Shown in pieces: positions 46,395-59,341 of a stretch of DNA of 64,000 nucleotides (positions within the stretch are counted from its first letter, which is position 1; each line of letters starts with the position of its first letter). Source of the stretch: Cyanophora paradoxa CCMP329 (Eukaryota; Plantae; Glaucophyta); NCBI GenBank assembly GCA_004431415.1, contig QPMI01000542.1, positions 62,001 through 126,000 on the forward strand. Direction: 5' to 3'. A model generated the notes under the pieces. It was given only the letters and a program-made list of their open reading frames with translations, did not search any database and was not told the origin of the DNA. The translations under genes were made by a program, and so were the position numbers.

Positions 46395-46600
46395 ACTTCT
46401 GGGCAATGCCCAAAGGTAATATCTATTCTTTTAATACTTCTGGGCAATGCCCAAAGGTAATATCTATTCTTTTAATACTTCTGGGCAATGCCCATAGGTG
46501 ATATCTATTCTTTTAATACTTCTGGGCAATGCCTATAGGTAATATCTATTCTTTTAATACTTCTGGGCAATGCCCATAGGTTATATCTATTTTTTAAAAA
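46395..46600. repeat. 5 x 41 bp tandem repeat containing the palindrome TGGGCA-A-TGCCCA
   Basis: ACTTCTGGGCAATGCCCAAAGGTAATATCTATTCTTTTAAT units at 46395, 46436, 46477, 46518 and 46559. Confidence 0.95.
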
Positions 46601-46619
46601 ACTTCGAGGCATGTCCACA

Positions 46620-47035
46620 AGTACTTTGGACAAATGTTCACGTCCAGAGGTCGCTAAGCGACTTTGGACAAAAGTTCACGTCCAAGATCCTCAACCCTGC
46701 TGGCACATCCCAACGCATGTTTTGCACAATCCAACCTCTAGTATAGCCTCGTTTGCACTATTGGAGATGTCTGCACGAGTTGCTAGCTGACTTGGGTGTC
46801 GTTCTGGAGTTCGTGACTTTGGACAAAAGTTCACGTCCAAGATCCTCAACCCTGCTGGCACATCCCAACGCATGTTTTGCACGATCCGACCTCTAGTATA
46901 GCCTCGTTTGCACTATAGGAGACGCCTGCACGAATTGCTAGTTTACTTGGGTGGCGTTTTGGAGTTCGTGACTTTGGACAAAAGTTCACGTCCAAGGTCG
47001 CCTAGTGACTTTGGACAAAAGTTCACGTCCAAGAT
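46620..47035. repeat. Five copies of a hairpin motif plus a 2 x 155 bp duplication
   Basis: ACTTTGGACAAAAGTTCACGTCCAAG (TTGGAC-N10-GTCCAA) at ~46623, 46661, 46816, 46971 and 47009. 46660-46814 is repeated at 46815-46969. Confidence 0.9.
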
Positions 47036-47085
47036 CTCCAAGCTTCTAGGCAACCTCACTCATAGGTGTCAGATCGCTGATTCAC

Positions 47086-47518
47086 AGACCGGCGCTATCA
47101 TCCACACAGTATTATTGACTAACTAGAACCTAAACTCGCATATGCAATCAGCTTCGATTATATAGTTTTATCGTCTAGCTAGAACCTGGAAACCTCTCCG
47201 CTATTTAGATAGGAAGAACACAGTATTAACGCCTAGCTGCTGATTAAGCTATCTCTGCAGACCGTCGCGTTGGGGGCCCGTCTCAAATCACTGCTATATC
47301 TTTTGCAAGATCGATTGGAGTAGACGTTAGATACTACCTAGCGGTTGCTGGATGGAAGGGGAGGTAGACCAGAGGGAGAGAAGGGCGGTAGACGTAGCGA
47401 GAGAGTGGGAAAGAATGAGGGCTGGGAAGGCGCTGGAGTGGGTGGGATGGGGTGGTTTTGGAGGGGTGAGGGTGGCAAAGAGGGCGGGCCCACCCTGATG
47501 GGGGTACTCTCATTTTTT
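47086..47518 (-). repeat. Right terminal inverted repeat (433 bp)
   Basis: Ends ...GGGGGTACTCTCATTTTTT. Confidence 0.96.
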
Positions 47519-47524
47519 GCTAGC
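47519..47524. repeat. Right target-site duplication GCTAGC
   Basis: Followed by TTCATGTTTTAAGG, as at the empty sites. Confidence 0.95.
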
Positions 47525-47621
47525 TTCATGTTTTAAGGAGTGCGAGTCACTGAGCGGCTGAACACCTTATCCTGTTCGAATTCGAATTCCTTGAACGCCT
47601 GAATGGATCCGAGGTGCTACA

Positions 47622-49916
47622 CTACCCGTAGAAAATCCGGGTGCGAAGGAGGGTGGCCTTCAGTTCTCTACGGCTGTCGTCGTCAAGCGCAGCGGCCGCC
47701 TTATCCGTGATTACAAGCCGCCGGAGATGCTTCAGGGAGGAGACGGCGACGAGTCCGCTCGCAGAGCCGAGGGGGAGCGGCGACTGGACGGTGAGCGTCT
47801 GGAGGATGGCACATCGGACGCAAGACGCTGCACATGCAGCAGAGGATCAGAGGCCACCTGCCACGTGCACAAGCAGATCGATCAATCAGTCAATATATAT
47901 TAGCTCACCTTCAGGATAGCGCCCGGGAGTACAAGTTCTGTGCCGCGATCGTTGCCAGTACCTTTACAATGCAGGGTGAGGGTCTTGAGACGCGTCCACT
48001 GCTTCAATGAGAGTTCGCTGAAGGCTACGAGAGTTCCAGGCTGTACGCCGAGAAAGAGATTCTGCTGAGAGAGTAAAGGGTGTGGCGAAAGCTGAGAGGG
48101 TGGAGGGCCAGGCCCTCACCGTGAGGGTGGGAAGGTTCGAAACTGCAGCAGCAAAAGATGTCAATCCGGCTTCGCTGCGATCATAGTAATTGAGAACAGC
48201 TGCCCGCAGGCTGCCAGCAAAGGACAGCAGCGACGACACGTCTGCCGGGCCTCTCATGGACATATTCAGGCAGATGTACTCGAGCTGCCGCATGCCGCTG
48301 AGGAAGCTGGTGTGCTTGTGCCATAATTGGACAGCGTACGCTGCGCATGCCGATCGCCAGAGAGACTGTGAGTTTAGATGCGCGCAAGCATCGTCAACAT
48401 AAATCAATTTTCTTACCGCGCAGAGAAGAGAGGCTGGAGAGCGGCTGCAGGTCCGCTTCGGAAGCTTTTGGCCAGGATCTCGAAACCACACCAGTACTGT
48501 TGTAAAATTCTGTTGTTGAAGTTGTGGATTGCAGTATTGGCGGGTTATTTATAGATGCCCCTTCTATCCAGCATAATATTGTTTTACACGTAACCGAGGG
48601 CCGCGGGCCAGAGACTCTGTTGTTTTTTCCTGTTATCGTTTTTTATCTATAAGACTATATCGAAAGATCTAGAAGATTATATTGTGAGTTTGGACTCACC
48701 TAGTTCGAGTTGCTCCAGCTGCAGGAAACCAGCGATCGAAGAGCAGACGGGAAGGAGAGGGCCATCAATAATGACGCCGCAACTCAGCCGCTTCAGCGTG
48801 CGGGCCAGCGGTGCGAGGGCCTGAAGAGTCTCAAGGGTCATCGGCAGGCTGTAGAATTGCGTCAGTCAGAAGTACGGATACGGGAGTCCGGTTTGCGCAT
48901 GCTCGGCCCACTTGTTGATTTCCAGAGCTTGCAGTGGAAGCGACGCTAAAGCTTGCAATGAGCCCTGCACAAACGTCCCCGTCACCCGCCGCGCATTCTG
49001 CTGAAGCCAATCGTCTGATTCTCCTTTCAGGAGCAGCTACAAGAGCAGTTAAAAACCAGGAAAATAGAAAATAGAGGATAGAGATAAATAAATGATTACC
49101 TGCTCAAGATTAGAAAAATGATGAAGCGCAGGAAGTATGCCCGGGGGATGTCGCCTTCAAACATGATGCTGAGCTGCGTGAGCTGCATTCCAAAAGCTTC
49201 AAACAGCTTCTTGAACGAATGACTGCTGAGCTCGCCGTTCGCCAGAAAAAGAGAGCGCAGAGCTTCCCGTTGCTTCTCTGGCTGATCGAGGAGCGCTTGA
49301 ACAGCTTTGTCACTGGCTGGCTGGATGCGAATGCGCTGCCAGAGGCTGGGCTGCTGAGCGAGGTGGCGGAAGCGGCGGGAGACGTGGCTGAGCTGCACGA
49401 GCTTGTCGAGATACTGATCGGTGCAGCGGCGGGAATCAGAGTAATCTCCGATTGACCCGATCTCGATGAAGATCCACTCCGACGCCTGGCCGATGATGCG
49501 CGTGACGAGGTCGTCTGGCAGCGCATCGAACGGGCTGCCGCCGGCCGCCATCGCCGCCGCCACGCGCGAAAGCGCCACCGCGGAGGCTGCGGATCGGGAA
49601 GAGATGTCAGAGGTTCAGGTTCGTCTTGCGAGAGAACTCGGATAAGCGCGAGCAGGCCTAAGCGGCCGCGGCCGCGGCAGCCGAGACTTCGAAATTCGAA
49701 TGCGCGCGCACCCTGCAGCGCTAGCTGGCCGGCCGCGGCCGACGCTGTGGCCGCGCTCGACGAAGACGAGTCCGCAGAGACGGTACCGCCTCCTGCTCAC
49801 GCAAGTCAGCGAAGGGCCACGCGGAGCTCGAAACGCGGCGGCGTGGCTCAAGCTCGCTGACCTGCCGCCGGCGCATCTCCCGCCCTCGCCCGCTTCGCCG
49901 CCCGCTCGCGTGCCAT
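47622..49916 (-). CDS. F-box / LRR-like protein, copy D
   Basis: [15 protein letters not shown]...[21 protein letters not shown]. Apparent frameshifts at G-runs (~49143, ~47801) relative to copy E. Confidence 0.78.
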
Positions 49917-50639
49917 CTGCCCCGAGAGCACTCCAGGTACGCACGAAAGCGTGGCCTGCGATGGTCGTCAGCGGCGCGCGGCAGTCGAGCGGGCGAGTCG
50001 GACGTTGCCAAAACAGCACACCTTCACCAAGCGAGCGCCTACTCGCACTCGCGTCGCGGCGCTCCCTCCGGGTAGCACGGTTGTGGCGGGACCAAGCTGG
50101 TCGTACGGGTACAGTGCCGAAGCGGACTGCGCAAGGGATCCCAGGATTCCCAGCTTCTCCTCGCGAGTCGCGACTCCCGCCGAACATGCGGTGCAGCGAA
50201 TCTCGATCGGAGCGCAGGCGATCGGCTCAAAACGTGCTCGCGTGGCGAATCGATAGCTGCGGCTCGTGCGGCCCAAGCGCGTTCTCCTCGCGACATCGGC
50301 AGGGGGCGGTCCCGGCCGCGGTAGCGGTCGGTGGGAAAAGGGCCTCGCGCTTCGTTCATGATCAGGTCCGGATGCGCGGCGTGCAGGGCGCCGCTTCCTG
50401 CCCTCGCCCACCTTCCCCGCAGACCCGGTGTTGACAGGACCGTCGTCAGGCAACCGCTCGCCAGGGGCGCAGCGGCTGCGAGGGCCGCCGGTTTCCGATC
50501 GGCGGCGCAGCGAGCTGCCAGCGCACCGCGCCGCCCGAGGCCTCCCCGCAGGTTTCACGCACCCGTGGCTCGGCAAGCCTCCCCGCTCCGGCTCCGCTAG
50601 CGAGCCGGCCGTCAGGCAAGCGGCCACCCGCCCGCTCCG

Positions 50640-53088
50640 CCCCAGGGGATCGGTGGGATCTCTCACCGCCCCGGGGCCGGGCCGCATGCGAGCTTAGGGC
50701 GCGGCGACGTAGCGCCCGGCTGGGGCCAGCGGCCGCTCGGACCACGGCGGTGGAGGCGAGGGGCGATGGCCGCGCGCGGGCCGACCCCGCCCCGGGCTCG
50801 TCCTCTCTGCACCGCGGCCGCGGTACCCGACCCGCCAGCGCGGCTCCTCCTCTGCCCCGCCGCGGCGCGGCCGCGGGACCCGACCACCAGCTCCACGCCG
50901 GCGCCCTCGCAGCCGCCCCTCGCGCCCCGCTCTGCCCCGCTGAAGGCTGTGCTGCTTCATGACCCCGCTCCCCCATGCCCTTGGCGGCCCCCCGTCCGCC
51001 GGCCGGCCCTTCCGGGCTGGGCCCTCCTCCCTTACCCCCCCCTCATCCTATCCTCGTACCCCCGCTCTCCGCCCGCCCTCCACGCCCGGCCCTCTGGCGC
51101 CCCCGCTGACCTCTTCCTCCCCTCGCAGGGTCGCTGGTGGGGCGGAGCCCGAGCAGCTGTACCCCCACCCTCCTCCCGAACTCGGAGGACCCCGGCATCA
51201 GCGGCCCGGCGGTTCCGCGCCCGCGTTCCCTTTGTGCCAGGCGCCAAGGCGTATCCCACCCAGGACTTCTCGTACCCCTACCTACCCACCTCCAGCATCC
51301 CTTCTTCCCCCCCCCCCTCCAGCTCGGTCGCGGTCAGGCGAGAGGCGAAGGTCGCGCAAGCTCCTTCTCCCGGGCCGGGCCCCTCCGGCCCCTCCCCTTG
51401 CGCGAAGGCGGAAAGCCCATGTATCCCCCATCACTTCCCCGTCCGCCGCCACCCTTTTTTAAGCTGCGCGAGGATGGTGCGCTCCCCGCTCTCCGCTACC
51501 CGCCCCCGCCCCCTCCCCCACCCCCCACCCCTTCCTAATCTCATCTAAGCTGACCCCCAAATCTGACCCCTCTTTGCGCGCCCCAGTTCTTCTCTGACCT
51601 CTCTTTCCCCTCGCAGAGGATCGCCGGTCCCGGAAAGCTGTACCCCGGCATAAACGGCTCCGAGCGGCGTACGTACACCCCTGCGCTCGATCTTGTCGGA
51701 GGGCGCCAGCGCCGGCGCCGGCCGCGCGCTGGCGTGGCCAGGGGGCGTCGGTGTACCCCCCCCCCTAGTGCCCTCGCCCGAACTCTCGAACGCACCACTC
51801 TGCATGAAGGCGGTGCGTACCCCTCCCCTCCACCATCCCCCCCCCCCCCGCTCCCTGCCCTCGTACCCCCGCTCTGCGCCCGCCTTCTACCCCGGCCCTC
51901 CGCTGATCTTCCTCCCCTTGCAGGGTCGCCAGTCCGCTGCGGCGGAGCTCGAGCAGCTGTACCCCCACCGTCCTCCCGACCTCGGAGGACCCGGCATCAG
52001 CAGCTCCGCGAGGCGTACCCCAGGCCCCGGGTGCCAGGTGCCGGCGTACCCCCCACCCCACCCAACGGCTTGGCGGCCCCCGTCCCCCTCCCGGCCCCTC
52101 CCGGGCTGGGTCCTCCTCCCTTACCCCTCTCCCCCCCCTCTCATCCTATCCTCGTACCCCGCTCTCCACCCGCCCTCTACTCCCCGCCCTCCGGCGCCTC
52201 CGCTGACCTCTTCCTCCCCTCGCAGGGTCGCTGGTGGGGCGGAGCCCGAGCAGCTGTACCCGTACCGTCCTCCCGAACTCGGAGGACCCCGGCATCAGCG
52301 GCTCCGCGAGGCGTACCCCAAGCACCAGGCGCCAGACACCGGTGTACCCCTGTACCCCCCACCCACACCCCGACTCTGGCGTACCCCCCCCCCACGCCGG
52401 GGCGTACACCACCCTCAGGGCTTCTGGTTCTCTCCGGCCTCCTCTGCTTCTCTCCTCCCCGCCCTCCTCTGTGCCGCGCTCGGCGGCGGCGCCTATCCCG
52501 CGGTGGGCGTCGGCCGACGGGGCCGCCTCGCGGGCGGCCGCGTGCTCGCCGCCGGACCTGACGCCGCCGGCCTCGTGGGGCGGGCCGGGGACGGCGGCGG
52601 ACGGCCTCGCGGCGGCGCTGGAGGCGGCCGACCCGCGCCTTCTCCCCGTCGACCTCTCCCCGCGGGGCGATCCGGCGCCCATCCCGCGGCTCTCGGCGAT
52701 CTCGCCGCGGCGCCTGCCGCTCGCGTCGCCGCCGGCGCCCGACGTGAGCGCGCTGCACGCGTGCCTCGCCCAGCTGGAGGGCATCGCGCCGGCGCCGGCG
52801 CCCCGCGCGCCCCGCGTGGCGCCCTTCAAGGAGGCGCCCTCGCCGGCGCCGGCGGCCTCGCCGGGCCTCTCGGCCTCGCCCTTCCTTTCGGCGTCGGAGG
52901 AGGAGCGGCGCGCGCCCTCGAGCGGCGGCGCCGGCGGCCCGTCGACGTCGGGCGGCGAGGAGGAGAGCCTCCGCGCCGGCTCCGCCTTCGCCCCGGCCGC
53001 GGAGGAGCTCGAGGGCGACGAGGCCGCCCCGGCGCCCGCCGCGCCCCCCAGCAGGGCCGCCCGCCGCAAGAAGAAGAAGGGCCAGTGA
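50640..53088 (+). CDS. Proline-rich partner gene with internally repeated exons (AEPEQLYP..PPELGGPRHQ), ending RRKKKKGQ
   Basis: Three repeats of CAG|GGTCGC...GAGCAGCTGTACCC at ~51130, ~51923 and ~52225, each preceded by a C-rich acceptor-like tract. Start uncertain. Confidence 0.45.
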
Positions 53089-53473
53089 TAGGTAGCCCCT
53101 CCTCTTCGCGAACGCTTCTTTCCTAGCCTTAGCTAGCTAGTTGTGGATCCCTGTGATGCCCGCATCGTTTCGTTCCTGGGTGTACAGATCGACCTCTCTA
53201 TCCTGCTTGCTATGCTTAATAACTTCGCTTTCAAAACATCGCCCTCGGCCTCGCCGGGCCTCTCGGCCTCGCCCTTAGCTTCCTGTCATTGTTTCACTAG
53301 CACTCGAGCTCGTTCAAACCAATTTTCCTTGCTGTAAATTGCAGGCTTCGTTCTTCACAAAATGTGAGTGGCTAGCTTCATGTTTTAAGGAGTGCGAGTC
53401 ACTGAGCGGCTGAACACCTTATCCTGTTCGAATTCGAATTCCTTGAACGCCTGAATGGATCCGAGGTGCTACA

Positions 53474-55770
53474 CTACCCGTAGAAAATCCGGGTGCGAAG
53501 GAGGGTGGCCTTCAGTTCTCTACGGCTGTCGTCGTCAAGCGCAGCGGCCGCCTTATCCGTGATTACAAGCCGCCGGAGATGCTTCAGGGAGGAGACGGCG
53601 ACGAGTCCGCTCGCAGAGCCGAGGGGGAGCGGCGACTGGACGGTGAGCGTCTGGAGGGATGGCACATCGGACGCAAGACGCTGCACATGCAGCAGAGGAT
53701 CAGAGGCCACCTGCCACGTGCACAAGCAGATCGATCAATCAGTCAATATATATTAGCTCACCTTCAGGATAGCGCCCGGGAGTACAAGTTCTGTGCCGCG
53801 ATCGTTGCCAGTACCTTTACAATGCAGGGTGAGGGTCTTGAGACGCGTCCACTGCTTCAATGAGAGTTCGCTGAAGGCTACGAGAGTTCCAGGCTGTACG
53901 CCGAGAAAGAGATTCTGCTGAGAGAGTAAAGGGTGTGGCGAAAGCTGAGAGGGTGGAGGGCCAGGCCCTCACCGTGAGGGTGGGAAGGTTCGAAACTGCA
54001 GCAGCAAAAGATGTCAATCCGGCTTCGCTGCGATCATAGTAATTGAGAACAGCTGCCCGCAGGCTGCCAGCAAAGGACAGCAGCGACGACACGTCTGCCG
54101 GGCCTCTCATGGACATATTCAGGCAGATGTACTCGAGCTGCCGCATGCCGCTGAGGAAGCTGGTGTGCTTGTGCCATAATTGGACAGCGTACGCTGCGCA
54201 TGCCGATCGCCAGAGAGACTGTGAGTTTAGATGCGCGCAAGCATCGTCAACATAAATCAATTTTCTTACCGCGCAGAGAAGAGAGGCTGGAGAGCGGCTG
54301 CAGGTCCGCTTCGGAAGCTTTTGGCCAGGATCTCGAAACCACACCAGTACTGTTGTAAAATTCTGTTGTTGAAGTTGTGGATTGCAGTATTGGCGGGTTA
54401 TTTATAGATGCCCCTTCTATCCAGCATAATATTGTTTTACACGTAACCGAGGGCCGCGGGCCAGAGACTCTGTTGTTTTTTCCTGTTATCGTTTTTTATC
54501 TATAAGACTATATCGAAAGATCTAGAAGATTATATTGTGAGTTTGGACTCACCTAGTTCGAGTTGCTCCAGCTGCAGGAAACCAGCGATCGAAGAGCAGA
54601 CGGGAAGGAGAGGGCCATCAATAATGACGCCGCAACTCAGCCGCTTCAGCGTGCGGGCCAGCGGTGCGAGGGCCTGAAGAGTCTCAAGGGTCATCGGCAG
54701 GCTGTAGAATTGCGTCAGTCAGAAGTACGGATACGGGAGTCCGGTTTGCGCATGCTCGGCCCACTTGTTGATTTCCAGAGCTTGCAGTGGAAGCGACGCT
54801 AAAGCTTGCAATGAGCCCTGCACAAACGTCCCCGTCACCCGCCGCGCATTCTGCTGAAGCCAATCGTCTGATTCTCCTTTCAGGAGCAGCTACAAGAGCA
54901 GTTAAAAACCAGGAAAATAGAAAATAGAGGATAGAGATAAATAAATGATTACCTGCTCAAGATTAGAAAAATGATGAAGCGCAGGAAGTATGCCCGGGGG
55001 GATGTCGCCTTCAAACATGATGCTGAGCTGCGTGAGCTGCATTCCAAAAGCTTCAAACAGCTTCTTGAACGAATGACTGCTGAGCTCGCCGTTCGCCAGA
55101 AAAAGAGAGCGCAGAGCTTCCCGTTGCTTCTCTGGCTGATCGAGGAGCGCTTGAACAGCTTTGTCACTGGCTGGCTGGATGCGAATGCGCTGCCAGAGGC
55201 TGGGCTGCTGAGCGAGGTGGCGGAAGCGGCGGGAGACGTGGCTGAGCTGCACGAGCTTGTCGAGATACTGATCGGTGCAGCGGCGGGAATCAGAGTAATC
55301 TCCGATTGACCCGATCTCGATGAAGATCCACTCCGACGCCTGGCCGATGATGCGCGTGACGAGGTCGTCTGGCAGCGCATCGAACGGGCTGCCGCCGGCC
55401 GCCATCGCCGCCGCCACGCGCGAAAGCGCCACCGCGGAGGCTGCGGATCGGGAAGAGATGTCAGAGGTTCAGGTTCGTCTTGCGAGAGAACTCGGATAAG
55501 CGCGAGCAGGCCTAAGCGGCCGCGGCCGCGGCAGCCGAGACTTCGAAATTCGAATGCGCGCGCACCCTGCAGCGCTAGCTGGCCGGCCGCGGCCGACGCT
55601 GTGGCCGCGCTCGACGAAGACGAGTCCGCAGAGACGGTACCGCCTCCTGCTCACGCAAGTCAGCGAAGGGCCACGCGGAGCTCGAAACGCGGCGGCGTGG
55701 CTCAAGCTCGCTGACCTGCCGCCGGCGCATCTCCCGCCCTCGCCCGCTTCGCCGCCCGCTCGCGTGCCAT
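53474..55770 (-). CDS. F-box / LRR-like protein, copy E
   Basis: As copy D; the F-box exon frame is intact (GDIPPGILPALHHFSNLEQ). Confidence 0.8.
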
Positions 55771-56499
55771 CTGCCCCGAGAGCACTCCAGGTACGCACGA
55801 AAGCGTGGCCTGCGATGGTCGTCAGCGGCGCGCGGCAGTCGAGCGGGCGAGTCGGACGTTGCCAAAACAGCACACCTTCACCAAGCGAGCGCCTACTCGC
55901 ACTCGCGTCGCGGCGCTCCCTCCGGGTAGCACGGTTGTGGCGGGACCAAGCTGGTCGTACGGGTACAGTGCCGAAGCGGACTGCGCAAGGGATCCCAGGA
56001 TTCCCAGCTTCTCCTCGCGAGTCGCGACTCCCGCCGAACATGCGGTGCAGCGAATCTCGATCGGAGCGCAGGCGATCGGCTCAAAACGTGCTCGCGTGGC
56101 GAATCGATAGCTGCGGCTCGTGCGGCCCAAGCGCGTTCTCCTCGCGACATCGGCAGGGGCGGTCCCGGCCGCGGTAGCGGTCGGTGGGAAAAGGGCCTCG
56201 CGCTTCGTTCATGATCAGGTCCGGATGCGCGGCGTGCAGGGCGCCGCTTCCTGCCCTCGCCCACCTTCCCCGCAGACCCGGTGTTGACAGGACCGTCGTC
56301 AGGCAACCGCTCGCCAGGGGCGCAGCGGCTGCGAGGGCCGCCGGTTTCCGATCGGCGGCGCAGCGAGCTGCCAGCGCACCGCGCCGCCCGAGGCCTCCCG
56401 CAGGTTTCACGCACCCGTGGCTCGGCAAGCCTCCCCGCTCCGGCTCCGCTAGCGAGCCGGCCGTCAGGCAAGCGGCCACCCGCCCGCTCCGCCCCAGGG

Positions 56500-58956
56500 G
56501 ATCGGTGGGATCTCTCACCGCCCCGGGGCCGGGCCGCATGCGAGCTTAGGGCGCGGCGACGTAGCGCCCGGCTGGGGCCAGCGGCCGCTCGGACCACGGC
56601 GGTGGAGGCGAGGGGCGATGGCCGCGCGCGGGCCGACCCCGCCCCGGGCTCGTCCTCTCTGCACCGCGGCCGCGGTACCCGACCCGCCAGCGCGGCTCCT
56701 CCTCTGCCCCGCCGCGGCGCGGCCGCGGGACCCGACCCACCAGCTCCACGCCGGCGCCCCTCGCAGCCGCCCCTCGCGCCCCGCTCTGCCCCCGCTGAAG
56801 GCTGTGCTGCTTCATGACCCCGCTCCCCCCATGCCCTTGGCGGCCCCCCGTCCGCCGGCCGGCCCCTTCCGGGCTGGGCCCCTCCTCCCTTACCCCCCCC
56901 CTCATCCTATCCTCGTACCCCCGCTCTCCGCCCGCCCTCCACGCCCGGCCCTCTGGCGCCCCCGCTGACCTCTTCCTCCCCTCGCAGGGTCGCTGGTGGG
57001 GCGGAGCCCGAGCAGCTGTACCCCCACCCTCCTCCCGAACTCGGAGGACCCCGGCATCAGCGGCCCGGCGGTTCCGCGCCCGCGTTCCCTTTGTGCCAGG
57101 CGCCAAGGCGTATCCCACCCAGGACTTCTCGTACCCCCTACCTACCCACCTCCAGCATCCCTTCTTCCCCCCCCCCCCCTCCAGCTCGGTCGCGGTCAGG
57201 CGAGAGGCGAAGGTCGCGCAAGCTCCTTCTCCCGGGCCGGGCCCCTCCGGCCCCTCCCCTTGCGCGAAGGCGGAAAGCCCATGTATCCCCCCATCACTTC
57301 CCCGTCCCGCCGCCACCCTTTTTTAAGCTGCGCGAGGATGGTGCGCTCCCCGCTCTCCGCTACCCGCCCCCGCCCCCCTCCCCCACCCCCCACCCCTTCC
57401 TAATCTCATCTAAGCTGACCCCCAAATCTGACCCCTCTTTGCGCGCCCCCAGTTCTTCTCTGACCTCTCTTTCCCTCGCAGAGGATCGCCGGTCCCCGGA
57501 AAGCTGTACCCCGGCATAAACGGCTCCGAGCGGCGTACGTACACCCCTGCGCTCGATCTTGTCGGAGGGCGCCAGCGCCGGCGCCGGCCGCGCGCTGGCG
57601 TGGCCAGGGGCGTCGGTGTACCCCCCCCTAGTGCCCTCGCCCGAACTCTCGAACGCACCACTCTGCATGAAGGCGGTGCGTACCCCTCCCCTCCACCATC
57701 CCCCCCCCCCGCTCCCTGCCCTCGTACCCCCGCTCTGCGCCCGCCTTCTACCCGGCCCTCCGCTGATCTTCCTCCCCTTGCAGGGTCGCCAGTCCGCTGC
57801 GGCGGAGCTCGAGCAGCTGTACCCCACCGTCCTCCCGACCTCGGAGGACCCCGGCATCAGCAGCTCCGCGAGGCGTACCCCAGGCCCCGGGTGCCAGGTG
57901 CCGGCGTACCCCCCACCCCACCCCAACGGCTTGGCGGCCCCCGTCCCCCTCCCGGCCCCTCCCGGGCTGGGTCCCTCCTCCCTTACCCCTCTCCCCCCCC
58001 CCTCTCATCCTATCCTCGTACCCCCGCTCTCCACCCGCCCTCTACTCCCCGCCCTCCGGCGCCTCCGCTGACCTCTTCCTCCCCTCGCAGGGTCGCTGGT
58101 GGGGCGGAGCCCGAGCAGCTGTACCCGTACCGTCCTCCCGAACTCGGAGGACCCCGGCATCAGCGGCTCCGCGAGGCGTACCCCAAGCACCAGGCGCCAG
58201 ACACCGGTGTACCCCTGTACCCCCCACCCACACCCCGACTCTGGCGTACCCCCCCCCCACGCCGGGGCGTACACCACCCTCAGGGCTTCTGGTTCTCTCC
58301 GGCCTCCTCTGCTTCTCTCCTCCCCGCCCTCCTCTGTGCCGCGCTCGGCGGCGGCGCCTATCCCGCGGTGGGCGTCGGCCGACGGGGCCGCCTCGCGGGC
58401 GGCCGCGTGCTCGCCGCCGGACCTGACGCCGCCGGCCTCGTGGGCGGGCCGGGGACGGCGGCGGACGGCCTCGCGGCGGCGCTGGAGGCGGCCGACCCGC
58501 GCCTTCTCCCCCGTCGACCTCTCCCCGCGGGGCGATCCGGCGCCCATCCCGCGGCTCTCGGCGATCTCGCCGCGGCGCCTGCCGCTCGCGTCGCCGCCGG
58601 CGCCCGACGTGAGCGCGCTGCACGCGTGCCTCGCCCAGCTGGAGGGCATCGCGCCGGCGCCGGCGCCCCGCGCGCCCCGCGTGGCGCCCTTCAAGGAGGC
58701 GCCCTCGCCGGCGCCGGCGGCCTCGCCGGGCCTCTCGGCCTCGCCCTTCGCGTCGGCGTCGGAGGAGAAGCGGCGGACGCCCTCGAGCGGCGGCGCCGGC
58801 GGCCCGTCGACGTCGGGCGGCGAGGAGGAGGAGAGCCTCCGCGCCGGCTCCGCCTTCGCCCCGGCCGCTGAGGAGGGCGAGGGCGACGAGGCCGCCCCGG
58901 CGCCCGCCGCGCCCCTCGGCAGGGCCGCCCGGCGCAAGAAGAAGAAGGGCCAGTGA
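56500..58956 (+). CDS. Proline-rich partner gene, next array copy
   Basis: Near-identical to 50640-53088, with a few true substitutions near the 3' end (FASASEEKRRTP). Confidence 0.45.
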
Positions 58957-59341
58957 TAGGTAGCCCCTCCTCTTCGCGAACGCTTCTTTCCTAGCCTTAG
59001 CTAGCTAGTTGTGGATCCCTGTGATGCCCGCATCGTTTCGTTCCTGGGTGTACAGATCGACCTCTCTATCCTGCTTGCTATGCTTAATAACTTCGCTTTC
59101 AAAACATCGCCCTCGGCCTCGCCGGGCCTCTCGGCCTCGCCCTTAGCTTCCTGTCATTGTTTCACTAGCACTCGAGCTCGTTCAAACCAATTTTCCTTGC
59201 TGTAAATTGCAGGCTTCGTTCTTCACAAAATGTGAGTGGCTAGCTTCATGTTTTAAGGAGTGCGAGTCACTGAGCGGCTGAACACCTTATCCTGTTCGAA
59301 TTCGAATTCCTTGAACGCCTGAATGGATCCGAGGTGCTACA

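Larger units (their letters stand above)
36008..47518. mobile_element. Endogenous Polinton-like virus / Maverick-type element, 11,511 bp, complete
   Basis: 433 bp TIRs, 6 bp TSD, sharp drop in GC, intronless packed genes: pPolB, rve integrase, A32 ATPase, major and minor capsid proteins. Confidence 0.96.

Noticed and set aside
46245-47035. CRISPR array
   Set aside because: The repeats are directly tandem or separated by spacers that are copies of one another. There are no unique equal-length spacers and no cas genes, and the context is eukaryotic/viral.
36008-47518. Contaminant or bacterial prophage misassembled into the contig
   Set aside because: A precise TSD and matching empty sites in paralogous host units indicate real integration. 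The gene set is Polinton/PLV-like.
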